Positions 19,425 to 29,825 are shown, counted from the first letter of the stretch. The stretch: 64,000 bases of DNA from Spirochaetia bacterium (GCA_029880285.1 JAOUOS010000012.1:484-64483), one strand, 5' to 3'. A program made the numbers and translations. The notes: generated from the letters alone by a model not told the origin.

Positions 19425-19578
19425 AAATTCCTGTATACTTTTAATAATAAAAACCATATTAATAAAATGGATGTCCTTCCCTACTGCCGGTTTTTAAATA
19501 TAAATAAAAAATTTATATCCTTATTGTTTAAAAAAGATTTTCTTACTCATTTATTAATATAAATTATAGTATAAAATT

Positions 19579-20751
19579 ATGGCATTTATTTTAGCAATTA
19601 TTTTAACAACATCAGCGAATTTAGGTGAAATTCATTTAACCGACAATACTGTAATAAAAGCAGAAATTGTACGGGTAGGAAGAAGCCACATTGAATACAG
19701 GTTCTCTGAAGATTCTGAAATATTAGAAGTTTATCGTGATAGCGTAAAAAAAATAGTTTATCCTTCAGGTGAAATTCTTGAATTTAGTAGCAATGAAAAC
19801 AAATTAACAAATGACAACTCCTTTTCTTTTAATGATTTATCTTTAAAAATAGGAATAAAAAGCGAATATCTTTTAGGTGATACAACCTACCAGTTAGGCG
19901 GATACTACACCACTAGCACCGGTAAAAGTGGCAATGCCCGCTTTCCCTTAAGCGAACTTAGTTTTCCTGTAAACACCTATAATCTTAGCGGAATGATCAG
20001 CTTTATATTTCTTAAAAACTTCACTCTTTCAACTATAATGACTTTTAATTTAAACAAAGATCCAGGCAAACTAAAAGATTATGATTGGGGAATTTATTAC
20101 GGCGATCCTGAAATTCCCAACGCAACTCAAAATTCTCTTGATATATACTCTGAAAGCAAATTAAAAATAAAATACCAATTTATTGAAACTCTTTTAAGGT
20201 ACAACTCTAAGCTTTTTTCAAATTTCTTTTTTATTTCTCAGCTTGGTTATACAAGACAGAATTTTTCTTTTGAAGGAAAAGACGCGGTTCAAAGCTACCC
20301 TTCTTCTGAAGAATATTTCGCGATAAAAAAAGCAAACCGATTTTTAGAAGGTACGGTAATTACCTATGATGCAAACTACAATATTTTATCATTTTCAGGC
20401 GGTTTAGGATATTCATTTTTTGATAATTTCAACACGAGTCTGCAATTCGGATTTATGCCTTATGTTTTTATAAAAGATCGAGACGACCACGTTATAAGGT
20501 ATAAACTTTTTGAAAGTAAAACTTATGGGCAGGGCTTTTTAGCAATATTTGAAACAAATTATGAAATCTTAAGTGTGGTTACAATTTCTCTTGCTGCCGC
20601 GTATAAAAAAATAAGTTCCACGGGAAGACAAACACAAACATTCTACAAAACAACTGAAGATGCAAACGCGGGCGATACTGCTGAAGTTGACAGCAAGGTA
20701 TTTTCTGTGCAAAATACAATTTCAATAATGGTTGAATACACCTTATTTTAA
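19579..20751 (+). CDS. Putative outer-membrane beta-barrel protein
   Basis: Alternating hydrophobic beta-strand pattern, aromatic C-terminus (VEYTLF), and no motif I recognise. Confidence 0.45.
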   Translation: MAFILAIILTTSANLGEIHLTDNTVIKAEIVRVGRSHIEYRFSEDSEILEVYRDSVKKIVYPSGEILEFSSNENKLTNDNSFSFNDLSLKIGIKSEYLLGDTTYQLGGYYTTSTGKSGNARFPLSELSFPVNTYNLSGMISFIFLKNFTLSTIMTFNLNKDPGKLKDYDWGIYYGDPEIPNATQNSLDIYSESKLKIKYQFIETLLRYNSKLFSNFFFISQLGYTRQNFSFEGKDAVQSYPSSEEYFAIKKANRFLEGTVITYDANYNILSFSGGLGYSFFDNFNTSLQFGFMPYVFIKDRDDHVIRYKLFESKTYGQGFLAIFETNYEILSVVTISLAAAYKKISSTGRQTQTFYKTTEDANAGDTAEVDSKVFSVQNTISIMVEYTLF

Positions 20752-23297
20752 TTTTTCAACAAACGGGCCTTCATTTGAATATATGAACTTCCCTTTGCAT
20801 CTTTTTTAAATTCTCCCATAGATGATTTTTTAAATTTAGAATTCTTGGTTTTAACCGCAAAAGATTTAACTATTGAAAATAGTTTATTATTTAACACGTA
20901 AGAAATATGAATATTTATATAGCCTGCCTTTTGAGAAGGCAATATAAACATCCCTTCTTGTTCATGCAATGTATTTGCTTTTATACTATTTACTTCTTTA
21001 TAAAATCTGTCTTTAATAACAACATCATCAATACCGGTTACGTTTATTTTAATGTTCGACAAATCTATTAAAGATTTAATTTTTATCACGAATTTATTTT
21101 TCCTGCCGGGCAAAGCGTATTCAGGCACATCCGCTGATATAAAAAAAGGTAAACCCGGTTTTTGAGGGTTTGTATAAATATTATATCCTGAAACCTCTGT
21201 GTTTAATCCATGAACGGTTATTATATAGGTTTCATCAGCCGCCGCGGGAAAAGTAATAAAAGGGCAAGACGCGGTTAATCCGCTGGCTTCTTCATCAAAG
21301 GCAATCATTTCTCCTTTATGATAAACATACATATCCAGAAAATCTCCTCCCCCGCAGGTGTATCCGGTTAAGTCTGTTACCGAAATATTCGCGTCTATTC
21401 CCTTGCCTGTATAACGATACCAGCGCGACATCCCAAATTTGTTTTCATAATAAGTATAATTTGAAAATACCGTTTTATCATGCTCGTTTGCATTCCATGC
21501 AATATTTAAATTTTTATATAAACGCCAAAACTCAGCGCCTTTTAATAAACCGTCATTTTTATAGTAATTACGATTTACCGCGTAATGTACTCCTATATCA
21601 TTATCTACATCAAATATATCGGGTGTATCTGAATTACCGTTGCAAGTTCCCGCGCATAAAGCGTCAAAGGGAGTATCTAAATCTGAAACCCATAGAGTTT
21701 CTAAATTTTCAGAGGTCTTACCGTATATTGAATTATAATACGCTGCAAAAACCGGCAGACTTTCAAAAGCATAAGTAGAGCGTATGAAAAAACGCATGAC
21801 ATTATAAATTTTAGTGAAAGACCCGCTATAAAGTGCTGCATCAGTGTTTTCAAACAAGGACCATAAAAAATACAAAGCGCTTCTTTCACTGTAAACACCT
21901 TTATCATTGCCTAAAGGCGCCCTGTTTGACTCTAAACTAAAACCAGAATTTTGGCCGCTTCCGTTTGTGTCTACATAAACCGGATCACGAAACGCCATTG
22001 CTGCCACGGCGGTAGCGTATCCCTCTGAAAAAGCGATTCTTAAATCGAGAACATCTTCTAAGCTGTGCGGGCCGCCGTATGAATCTGTACGAAATAGATT
22101 ATCTTCAAAATAATGAGCCATTTCATGCGCTATAACATGATCATCATATTCATCAGTGTCAGAATTTTCTTTTCCCAATATATATATATATGAATTACCC
22201 TGAGTATCTTTTGTGTAATGCGTAGTACCAATTTGACCCAAAGCAAACAAACCCGAAGCGGCAATATTCTCAGGACTCCAGTTTATTGAAAGTTCGGGAA
22301 AAATAATAGATGACTCTCCCTGACACATAAGTTCTATTAACGAAACCGATGTATCAAGAATAGCAAAAGGAGCCGCTGTTCTGTTTACATAGCCCCCAGA
22401 ATATTCTAAAGGGGCATGAAAATTTATATCTGAAGCTGTTGAATTATATATCGTCGAATCACTTAAAATATACAGGGCTCCTTCTGAAGTATTATCAAAC
22501 ACACTCATGTTCCATACTGAATCTATACAGTAATTTGGCTCATAAGCGTCTGCCTGACTGCCGCCTGAAAAAATATTAGCCAATACCTGAATTGTAACAG
22601 ATTTTTCTGAGGGAACACTTAGTGTAAAATTCCCATTATCATCTGCTGATACTTCGCTAATTATTATACCATCTCCGCTGGCAGGCACAGGATATTCAAC
22701 TGCCTGAACACGTACCCTTCTGGCTGGTTTCATAATAATATTTGAATAATCAATTTTTATACCACTTTCAGTAATATCGTCTAAAACAGCCGCGTAATCA
22801 TAAGTTATCCTTCCCGAAAGATAGTATAAAACATCTGCCGTAATTATAATTTCATCATAAGCGCTCTGAGTTTCTATAAAATTTCCATTTTCATCTTTTC
22901 CATTATCTGAAACTGTAAGCCGTAAAGTATAAATTCCAACTACATCGGGTATAAAAACCGCGAGTCTAGTGTCTGCGTATAATAAACAGTTCGAAAGCCC
23001 GCTTATGCATCCTGAGTTTACTGGTTCATTAATTATTTCCCATTTGTATTCAGTAATTCCTCCGAATGTTATGTTTTGATCTTTTACATTGGGTTTAAGT
23101 TGGTAAGAGCTGCCAATTGGAATATTTAAATCATCACCAGCATAAACATACGGTTTAGGATTTATGGGATCAGTCGGTTTATTGGGTATAATTTCTATTT
23201 TAGAATCAGGCAATATGTCTAATCCATCACCCCCGCAATGATAGAAATTACTGATTAATATAGACAAAAAATAAAAATATTGAATTAAATTTTTCAA
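20748..23297 (-). CDS. Large secreted/lipoprotein zinc metalloprotease-like protein (HExxH)
   Basis: N-terminal signal with Cys (NFYHCGG), a PKD-like segment (ITEYKWEIINEP) and HEMAHY in DDHVIAHEMAHYFEDN. Confidence 0.55.
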   Translation of the reverse strand: MKNLIQYFYFLSILISNFYHCGGDGLDILPDSKIEIIPNKPTDPINPKPYVYAGDDLNIPIGSSYQLKPNVKDQNITFGGITEYKWEIINEPVNSGCISGLSNCLLYADTRLAVFIPDVVGIYTLRLTVSDNGKDENGNFIETQSAYDEIIITADVLYYLSGRITYDYAAVLDDITESGIKIDYSNIIMKPARRVRVQAVEYPVPASGDGIIISEVSADDNGNFTLSVPSEKSVTIQVLANIFSGGSQADAYEPNYCIDSVWNMSVFDNTSEGALYILSDSTIYNSTASDINFHAPLEYSGGYVNRTAAPFAILDTSVSLIELMCQGESSIIFPELSINWSPENIAASGLFALGQIGTTHYTKDTQGNSYIYILGKENSDTDEYDDHVIAHEMAHYFEDNLFRTDSYGGPHSLEDVLDLRIAFSEGYATAVAAMAFRDPVYVDTNGSGQNSGFSLESNRAPLGNDKGVYSERSALYFLWSLFENTDAALYSGSFTKIYNVMRFFIRSTYAFESLPVFAAYYNSIYGKTSENLETLWVSDLDTPFDALCAGTCNGNSDTPDIFDVDNDIGVHYAVNRNYYKNDGLLKGAEFWRLYKNLNIAWNANEHDKTVFSNYTYYENKFGMSRWYRYTGKGIDANISVTDLTGYTCGGGDFLDMYVYHKGEMIAFDEEASGLTASCPFITFPAAADETYIITVHGLNTEVSGYNIYTNPQKPGLPFFISADVPEYALPGRKNKFVIKIKSLIDLSNIKINVTGIDDVVIKDRFYKEVNSIKANTLHEQEGMFILPSQKAGYINIHISYVLNNKLFSIVKSFAVKTKNSKFKKSSMGEFKKDAKGSSYIQMKARLLKN

Positions 23298-23364
23298 TTA
23301 TACCCTAATTAATAAAATATATCTGCTACTGTCAATACAAATTAGCAGAATCTTGTCGGAGTTT

Positions 23365-23395
23365 ATGCGACACTAAGATGCGGTATGGAAATGCC
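23365..23395 (-). repeat. Degenerate inverted partial copy of the intergenic repeat (copy 3)
   Basis: ATGCGACACTAAGATGCGGTATGGAAATGCC matches the reverse complement of 19312-19342 at 25 of 31 positions in a hand alignment. Confidence 0.45.
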
Positions 23396-23496
23396 GCCAG
23401 CGTCATCTCTTTCGTGTATATGACCTTCCCCTGCCGCTATTAATAACCACACTTAAAAGTCTTTACGCGAAGTTTAAATGATTTTTTTCATCCGTT

Positions 23497-24924
23497 ATGG
23501 GAAAAACTCTTTTTGAAAAAGTATGGGAAAAACACTTGGTAAATCTTGATAATTACCCAAAAGAAAAAGAATATCTTGAAGATAAGAAATTATTATACAT
23601 TGATCTTCACCTTCTTCATGAAGTCACTTCGCCGCAGGCATTTGAAGGGCTAAGGCTAACAGGTCGAAAAGTAAGAAAACCCGAAAAAACATTTGCCACG
23701 ATGGATCATAATGTTCCCACAAAAGATAGAGACAAACCTGTCTCTGATGAAATAAGCAGAAAACAAATGGAGTTCTTAAAGAAAAACTGTTTAGAATTTG
23801 GTGTAACATTATTTGATATAAATTCATATGACAACGGTATTGTTCACGTAATAGGGCCAGAATTAGGCCTCACATTACCGGGAAAAACCATCGTATGCGG
23901 CGATTCTCACACATCAACGCACGGAGCTTTTGGAGCTTTGGCATTTGGTATAGGCACAAGCGAGGTTGAACATGTTCTTGCCACACAATGCTTAATACAG
24001 TCTAAACCTAAAACGATGCGTATTAATTTTACGGGAAAACTTCCTAAAGGTCTTTACGCTAAAGATATGATACTGGCGCTTATAAGAAAATTAGGAACAG
24101 CCGGAGCAACCGGTTACGTTATTGAATACGCGGGTGATGCCATTAAAGAACTTTCTATGGAAGGCCGTATGACCATTTGCAACATGAGCATAGAAGCCGG
24201 GGCCAAGGCAGGTATGATAGCGCCTGATCAAAAAACATTTGATTATATTTTAAGCAGGCCATACTCACCAACAGGCGATAAATTAAAAAAAGCCATGGCA
24301 TGGTGGCAAACCTTAAAATCAGACAATGACGCAATTTTTGATAAAGAAATTGAATTAAATATATCAGATTTAAAACCGCAAATAACATGGGGAACATCAC
24401 CCGATATGGTAATTGATATCACTGAAACTGTTCCCTCGCCGGATGAAGGTTTAAATGAGAATGAGAAAAATAATATAAGCAGGGCCTTAAAATACACTGA
24501 ACTAAATGAAAAAACAGACGCTGATAAAATTTATCTTGATAAAGTATTCATTGGTTCATGCACAAACTCAAGAATAGAAGACCTAAGAGAAGCCGCGTCA
24601 ATTATAAAAGGCAGGAAAAAGGCTGAATCTGTAAAGCTTGTACTGGTTGTTCCCGGTAGTTATAGAGTAAAAGAACAGGCAGAAAAAGAAGGTCTTGATA
24701 AAATATTCAAAGAGGCGGGGTTTGAATGGAGAGAACCCGGATGCTCTATGTGTCTTGCTATGAACGATGATATTTTAGAACCGGGTGAAAGATGTGCCTC
24801 TACTTCAAACCGAAACTTTGAAGGAAGACAGGGAAAAGACAGTAAAACACATTTAGTATCACCCGCGATGGCAGCTGCAGCTGCTATTCATGGACATTTT
24901 GTAGATATAAGAAAAGAGATTTAA
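23497..24924 (+). CDS. leuC: 3-isopropylmalate dehydratase large subunit
   Basis: Aconitase-family motifs [35 protein letters not shown] and CSMCLAMN. Confidence 0.95.
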   Translation: MGKTLFEKVWEKHLVNLDNYPKEKEYLEDKKLLYIDLHLLHEVTSPQAFEGLRLTGRKVRKPEKTFATMDHNVPTKDRDKPVSDEISRKQMEFLKKNCLEFGVTLFDINSYDNGIVHVIGPELGLTLPGKTIVCGDSHTSTHGAFGALAFGIGTSEVEHVLATQCLIQSKPKTMRINFTGKLPKGLYAKDMILALIRKLGTAGATGYVIEYAGDAIKELSMEGRMTICNMSIEAGAKAGMIAPDQKTFDYILSRPYSPTGDKLKKAMAWWQTLKSDNDAIFDKEIELNISDLKPQITWGTSPDMVIDITETVPSPDEGLNENEKNNISRALKYTELNEKTDADKIYLDKVFIGSCTNSRIEDLREAASIIKGRKKAESVKLVLVVPGSYRVKEQAEKEGLDKIFKEAGFEWREPGCSMCLAMNDDILEPGERCASTSNRNFEGRQGKDSKTHLVSPAMAAAAAIHGHFVDIRKEI

Positions 24925-24927
24925 ATT

Positions 24928-25524
24928 ATGAAACCATTTGAAAAAATTACATCAAACATATGCCCTTTAGACATATCAAATATAGATACCGACCAGATAA
25001 TTCCCAAACAATTTTTAAAAAGAGTTGAAAGAACCGGGTTCGGAAAGTATTTATTTTACGACTGGCGGTACAATAAAGATAAAACAGAAAATACTGATTT
25101 TAACTTAAATAAACCATATTTTAAGAACGCGAAAATACTTTTAGCAAGAGAAAACTTTGGATGCGGTTCTTCGCGCGAACATGCTCCCTGGGCCTTGAAA
25201 GACTATGGATTTGAAGTCATTATCGCGTCTTCATATGCTGATATATTTTATAACAATTGTTTTCAAAATGGAATTTTACCCATTATCTTACAAAAAGATG
25301 AAATTAATAAACTATTTAAACTTATTGAGAATTCAAGTGAAAATGAATATGAAGTTGATTTAGAAAATCAAAGCATTCTAAGTTTAAAAGATAATACCAA
25401 ATTTATATTTAATTTAGATAAAAACAGAAAAGAAAAACTACTAAAGGGTATTGATGATATTGGTTACACGCTACAGTTTGAAAAGTCAATTGTAGAATAT
25501 GAAAACTCAATAGAGTTTTTCTAA
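24928..25524 (+). CDS. leuD: 3-isopropylmalate dehydratase small subunit
   Basis: NIDTDQIIPKQFL and ENFGCGSSREHAPWAL. It starts 3 nt after leuC. Confidence 0.95.
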   Translation: MKPFEKITSNICPLDISNIDTDQIIPKQFLKRVERTGFGKYLFYDWRYNKDKTENTDFNLNKPYFKNAKILLARENFGCGSSREHAPWALKDYGFEVIIASSYADIFYNNCFQNGILPIILQKDEINKLFKLIENSSENEYEVDLENQSILSLKDNTKFIFNLDKNRKEKLLKGIDDIGYTLQFEKSIVEYENSIEFF

Positions 25525-25528
25525 CGCA

Positions 25529-26560
25529 CTAATCAACAAACTCCTCTTTTTCTTTGTGAAGCATTAGCATACCTTCTCTCTCAAGTTTTTCAACAGATTC
25601 CATAACAACTCTGCGGTTTTTTTCAATTTCTGCCGTAGAAATGGCTCCTATAATTTTCATCTCTTCTAAAATATCAGAAGACCTATTTACAGATATATTA
25701 CTGAATATATGCCTGCGCAATTCTTCTCCGGCTCCTTTTAACGCTTTCGCCCATACTTGATTTTCAGCTGTTTTTTCAAAAATTCTGCGTATCTCTTTAC
25801 CGTTTAATTTAATTAGATCTTCAAACATAAAAAGACTTTCTTTTATTCTTCTTGCCATTTCTGGATCATTTTCATCTAATGCCCGCAAAATATTTTCTTC
25901 ACTTTTAACGTCCAGAAAACTTAAAATCGCAGATAATTTTTCTTCACCGCTTATTTGTTCAAATTCTTCTTTTTCTATTTTTTCAAGTTTTGAAGAAAGT
26001 GTTTTATATATTGCATTTAAAGTATCTGGATGAACTTTTTGCATGAAAGCTACTTTTCTGGCTACCTGCGCCCGAAACGAGGCTTCAAAATTTTTTAACA
26101 CTTTGGCGGCAAACTTTGATGTTAAATTTGTTAGAACGACAGCCGCTGTCTGAGCCATTTCTTGAGAAAGCACTTGGGCTATAACTTCTTCTGAATAAGA
26201 CTCAAATTCATGAAAATGTTTTGCAGTTTGTCTTTTATTTAATTTTTCAATATACTTTTCTGCTTTTTCATGACCAAGAGCTTTTTGAAGCAGTAAAATA
26301 GCTTCATCTTTACCTCCTGTTAGAGTTCCCTCATTTTTTTTAATCTCCTGCTGAAATTCTTTAAGAAGAGAATTTTTCTCATCTTTTTCTAATTTCTTAA
26401 TACTTACTATTTCACGAATTAATTTTTCTATTGAATCAGAGTCAAGATATTCCATTATTTTTGCGGCGTTATCTTCGCCTAATGCTACTAATATTTTCGC
26501 GGCTTTTTTTATTTTTTCTCTGCTATTTATATCAACAGGCTTTTTTGAATTCATTATCAA
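25529..26560 (-). CDS. fliG: FliG-family flagellar motor switch protein (paralogue-like), last gene of the partner-switching operon
   Basis: 343 aa. The N-terminus reads KILVALGEDNAAKIMEYL. The C-terminal torque-helix region reads ISVNRSSDILEEMKIIGAISTAEIEKNRRVVMESV. Confidence 0.75.
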   Translation of the reverse strand: MIMNSKKPVDINSREKIKKAAKILVALGEDNAAKIMEYLDSDSIEKLIREIVSIKKLEKDEKNSLLKEFQQEIKKNEGTLTGGKDEAILLLQKALGHEKAEKYIEKLNKRQTAKHFHEFESYSEEVIAQVLSQEMAQTAAVVLTNLTSKFAAKVLKNFEASFRAQVARKVAFMQKVHPDTLNAIYKTLSSKLEKIEKEEFEQISGEEKLSAILSFLDVKSEENILRALDENDPEMARRIKESLFMFEDLIKLNGKEIRRIFEKTAENQVWAKALKGAGEELRRHIFSNISVNRSSDILEEMKIIGAISTAEIEKNRRVVMESVEKLEREGMLMLHKEKEEFVD

Positions 26561-26568
26561 GAGGTAAA

Positions 26569-26901
26569 TTATGAAGCTTGAACAGCTTCTTCTTCAGTGT
26601 CATATACTTCAAACATATCAATTAATTCAACTACTTCAAAAACTTTTCTTACGGCGCTATTTAAAGCGCATAAGCGAAGCGATCTATCTTTCTCTTTTAA
26701 AATACGCATAGCCGCAACTAATATTCTTAATCCGCTGGAAGACATATATTCTACTTCACGCATATTAATAATTAAATCGGCCTTAGTATTTTCATCAATT
26801 AATTTATTTAACTCTTTTTCAATTTCTGCGCTTAAATGAACATCTAATCGCCCCTTCAAATATACTATAATACTATTTCCCGCTTGTTTTGTCTTTATCA
26901 T
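26569..26901 (-). CDS. STAS-domain anti-sigma-factor antagonist (RsbV/SpoIIAA-like)
   Basis: 110 aa. The phosphorylatable serine context is EYMSSSGLRILV. Confidence 0.85.
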   Translation of the reverse strand: MIKTKQAGNSIIVYLKGRLDVHLSAEIEKELNKLIDENTKADLIINMREVEYMSSSGLRILVAAMRILKEKDRSLRLCALNSAVRKVFEVVELIDMFEVYDTEEEAVQAS

Positions 26902-26917
26902 AAAATCTCCTTTTTTT

Positions 26918-27343
26918 TTAAATTGTTTTTTTTATTAGCTTAACTATATTTTTTTCTTCTTCATATTTATACTTTATACGATCCATCATATTCTTCATTA
27001 AGAAAACCCCAAAACCTCCTTCTCTTTTTCCTTTTAAGTTTTGTTTTATATCAGGCGGCGGAGAGTTTAGTATATTAAATTCTTTGCCATTATCTGTTAT
27101 TATAATTTTAACAATCTTTCCTCTTTTCTTTAATTCTATACTAAAATTTTTTTTGCTGTTATTCTTGTCGTCTTTATACGCATACATCACTATATTAGCA
27201 CAAGCTTCATCACATGCCAGCACAATATCTTTGATATCATCTTCATGAAGATCCCATAATAGCAACTGTCCCTCTACAAATTTTTTAACTGTGGGAACCG
27301 ATTCTTTTTCTGCCTTAAATATTTTTTTTGTCTTTAATACCAT
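26918..27343 (-). CDS. RsbW/SpoIIAB-like serine kinase (HATPase_c)
   Basis: N-box DEACANIVMYAY, G1 ITDNGKEF and G2 REGGFGVFLM. Confidence 0.8.
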   Translation of the reverse strand: MVLKTKKIFKAEKESVPTVKKFVEGQLLLWDLHEDDIKDIVLACDEACANIVMYAYKDDKNNSKKNFSIELKKRGKIVKIIITDNGKEFNILNSPPPDIKQNLKGKREGGFGVFLMKNMMDRIKYKYEEEKNIVKLIKKTI

Positions 27344-27356
27344 TTCTTTTAAAACA

Positions 27357-29795
27357 CTATTTTATTTTTAGTAACAATATAGTAAAATCATCAAACTGCG
27401 GCTCGGTTTCAGCAAAATCTTTTACCTCAGCAAATATTTTTTTAATAAGTTCATCAGCAGATAAAGATTCTTCTTTTTTTATTAATTCTTTAAATCTATC
27501 GATGCCATATTCTTCTTTTTGGGGATTTATAGCTTCAACCACGCCGTCTGTATATAAAATAAGAATATCGCCGCTTTCTAAAGTAGCTTCGCCTTGAGTA
27601 AATTCACCATGTAAATCTGATGAAATAACTCCCAAGGGGCTACCCTTTGCGTATAAATATTCAATTTCTTTTGTTTTTTTCCGATAAACCATCTGCTCGT
27701 TATGACCGGCTGAAGCGAACCTTAATAATCCTGTATCTGAATTATAAATGCTGTAGAAAAGAGTTACAAACATACCCGCTTGACTATCTTCATAAATTAA
27801 ATCGTTAGCTTCTGTTAAAAGTTCCGATGGCTCTTTTCTTTCTTTCGCAACTGTTCTTATAATAGAACTTGTTACCGCCATAAAAAGGGCCGCAGGCAGA
27901 CTTTTGCCTGATACATCGGCCACAGAAAATGAAAACTCATTTTTAGATAAAGCAAAGAAGTCATAGAAATCTCCTCCCATCATTTTCGCGGGAAGAGAGA
28001 AAACACCCATATCAAACTTATCATTAATAATTTTTTTGCCGGGTAAAATTGATTTTTGAATTGAAGAAGTAATTTCAAGCTCTTTTTCATAGGCTTTCTT
28101 TTGCATCATCTCATCAAGTAATCGAAAGTTTTGAATTCCCTTTGTTATTTGGCTGGCAATAGTAGAAACCAATCTAAAATCATCTTCTTGAAATTTTTTG
28201 TTCTCTTTTTTTTCAGCAATATTTAACACGCCATAAACCGTATCGCCCTGCCCTAAAGGTAATATAATACAAGAATTAATTTTATCTTCTGTATTATAAT
28301 ACTTTTCATACTCGCTATTTTTTAAATCGTTAGAAAAAATTATCTCATTTTTATGAAACGCCAAGCCGCTTAAAGAATCATCAATAGGGATTTTCTTATT
28401 TTCGTTTATATCGTCAGAAGGACCATGATGAGAAACGATTTGAAGCGTATTTTCTTCTTTATTGTGAAGCATTATAGAAACTTTTTCTGCTTCAACTTCA
28501 TCAGATATTATTTTTACAACCGAATCATATAAATCCACTTCATTTAATGTAGAAATCATAGATTTACTTATTTCATGCAAGCTGGATAATTCATGCACCT
28601 TTTTTTCGAGTTCTTTATTAATTGTTGTTAATGAATCAATTAATTCGCGGTTATGAATCGCGAGCGCGGCCTGTTCAGAAAAAGAATTAAATAATTCTAA
28701 ATCTTTTTCATCAAATTCATCACGGCCCAAAGAATTAATTACTTCAATTACGCCTATAATTTTTCTCTGTACCATCAAAGGTACGGCAATAAGGTTTCGT
28801 GTAACAAAATTACTTTTCTGATCGGCTTCTTTAAAAACCCGGTCATCTTCCTGGGCATTATTTACAATTAATGGTTCTTCGTCTTTTGCCACTATACCGG
28901 CGATGCCCACGCCAATGGGAATTCGAATTTCTTTTAATGCTTTTTCTTTTTCTCCTGAAATTATATTAAAATACAGCTCATTTGTTTTTTTATCTATTAA
29001 CATTAAACTAGAAGCTTCTGCCTTTAAAACCATCTTGGCTGACTGCATTATAGATTCCAATAAACTCTGTAAGTCTAAAGTAGAGTTAATCATCTTTGAA
29101 ACTTTAATTATTTCAGAAAGAAGTATGTTATTTTCTAGATTGTTTTTATATAAATACAGATTTTCAACAATTGTAACTAAATTAGAAGCAAAGTGAATCA
29201 TTAATCCGCTGCCATTTTGATTTGAAATAGAGCTATAAATTAAACGCGCGAATGTTTTAGCGAAAGCTGTGGCAACACTTACATCTTCATAATCAAATTT
29301 ATTTAACGGGATTTTCTCTTCAAAAATAATCGCACCAAGAACAATACGCTGGTCTACTTCTAACGGAGAAAATATGTAAGAAGTTTCGGCCCTTCCTATA
29401 TCATTACCTTCTTCATCATATACATTCTGATTTTTTTCAATAAAAAAAGAATCTTTTATTCTTATACATTTTTTTGCCAGATTTTTTTCAATTAATTTTA
29501 CTTTTGCTTCTTTTTTTCTTATAATCTTTAGTTTTTGATCTTCTCCTATAAGCAATATCTTACAATACTTTGCCCTTAAAAGCTGTGCCGCCGATTTAAG
29601 AATAAATTGAGAAGCTCTTAAAAATTCCGATTGAATATCAACAAAAAACCCATTTTCACCATGTTTCACTATTGAATTCTCAGTGTTTTGATATTTTTCA
29701 GCGGACGATATTATACTTACATTTCTTATGGCATTTTGCATATTTTGTGCTATAAAATTAACCATGCTTAACCCTGCAATAAAAAAAATCATCAA
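27357..29795 (-). CDS. Multi-GAF PP2C/SpoIIE-family serine phosphatase (RsbU-like)
   Basis: Repeated GAF-like segments are followed by a C-terminal PP2C domain (GGDFYDF, VADVSGKSLPAALFM, LYTDGVVEA, QFDDFTILLLK). Confidence 0.85.
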   Translation of the reverse strand: MMIFFIAGLSMVNFIAQNMQNAIRNVSIISSAEKYQNTENSIVKHGENGFFVDIQSEFLRASQFILKSAAQLLRAKYCKILLIGEDQKLKIIRKKEAKVKLIEKNLAKKCIRIKDSFFIEKNQNVYDEEGNDIGRAETSYIFSPLEVDQRIVLGAIIFEEKIPLNKFDYEDVSVATAFAKTFARLIYSSISNQNGSGLMIHFASNLVTIVENLYLYKNNLENNILLSEIIKVSKMINSTLDLQSLLESIMQSAKMVLKAEASSLMLIDKKTNELYFNIISGEKEKALKEIRIPIGVGIAGIVAKDEEPLIVNNAQEDDRVFKEADQKSNFVTRNLIAVPLMVQRKIIGVIEVINSLGRDEFDEKDLELFNSFSEQAALAIHNRELIDSLTTINKELEKKVHELSSLHEISKSMISTLNEVDLYDSVVKIISDEVEAEKVSIMLHNKEENTLQIVSHHGPSDDINENKKIPIDDSLSGLAFHKNEIIFSNDLKNSEYEKYYNTEDKINSCIILPLGQGDTVYGVLNIAEKKENKKFQEDDFRLVSTIASQITKGIQNFRLLDEMMQKKAYEKELEITSSIQKSILPGKKIINDKFDMGVFSLPAKMMGGDFYDFFALSKNEFSFSVADVSGKSLPAALFMAVTSSIIRTVAKERKEPSELLTEANDLIYEDSQAGMFVTLFYSIYNSDTGLLRFASAGHNEQMVYRKKTKEIEYLYAKGSPLGVISSDLHGEFTQGEATLESGDILILYTDGVVEAINPQKEEYGIDRFKELIKKEESLSADELIKKIFAEVKDFAETEPQFDDFTILLLKIK

Positions 29796-29825
29796 TTAGC
29801 TATTTTTAGATATAGTTAATTTTTT

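Noticed and set aside
20748-20751. 4-nt overlaps of convergent stop codons (TTAA) here and at 59071-59074
   Set aside because: This is a real feature of the sequence but a common consequence of compact AT-rich genomes, and it is not evidence of regulation by itself.
23298-23496. Leucine attenuator or T-box leader upstream of leuC
   Set aside because: The only small upstream ORF (ATG 23478, [12 protein letters not shown]) has no Leu codons. I saw no T-box specifier or terminator architecture. The GC-richer segment is better explained as a degenerate copy of the intergenic repeat.
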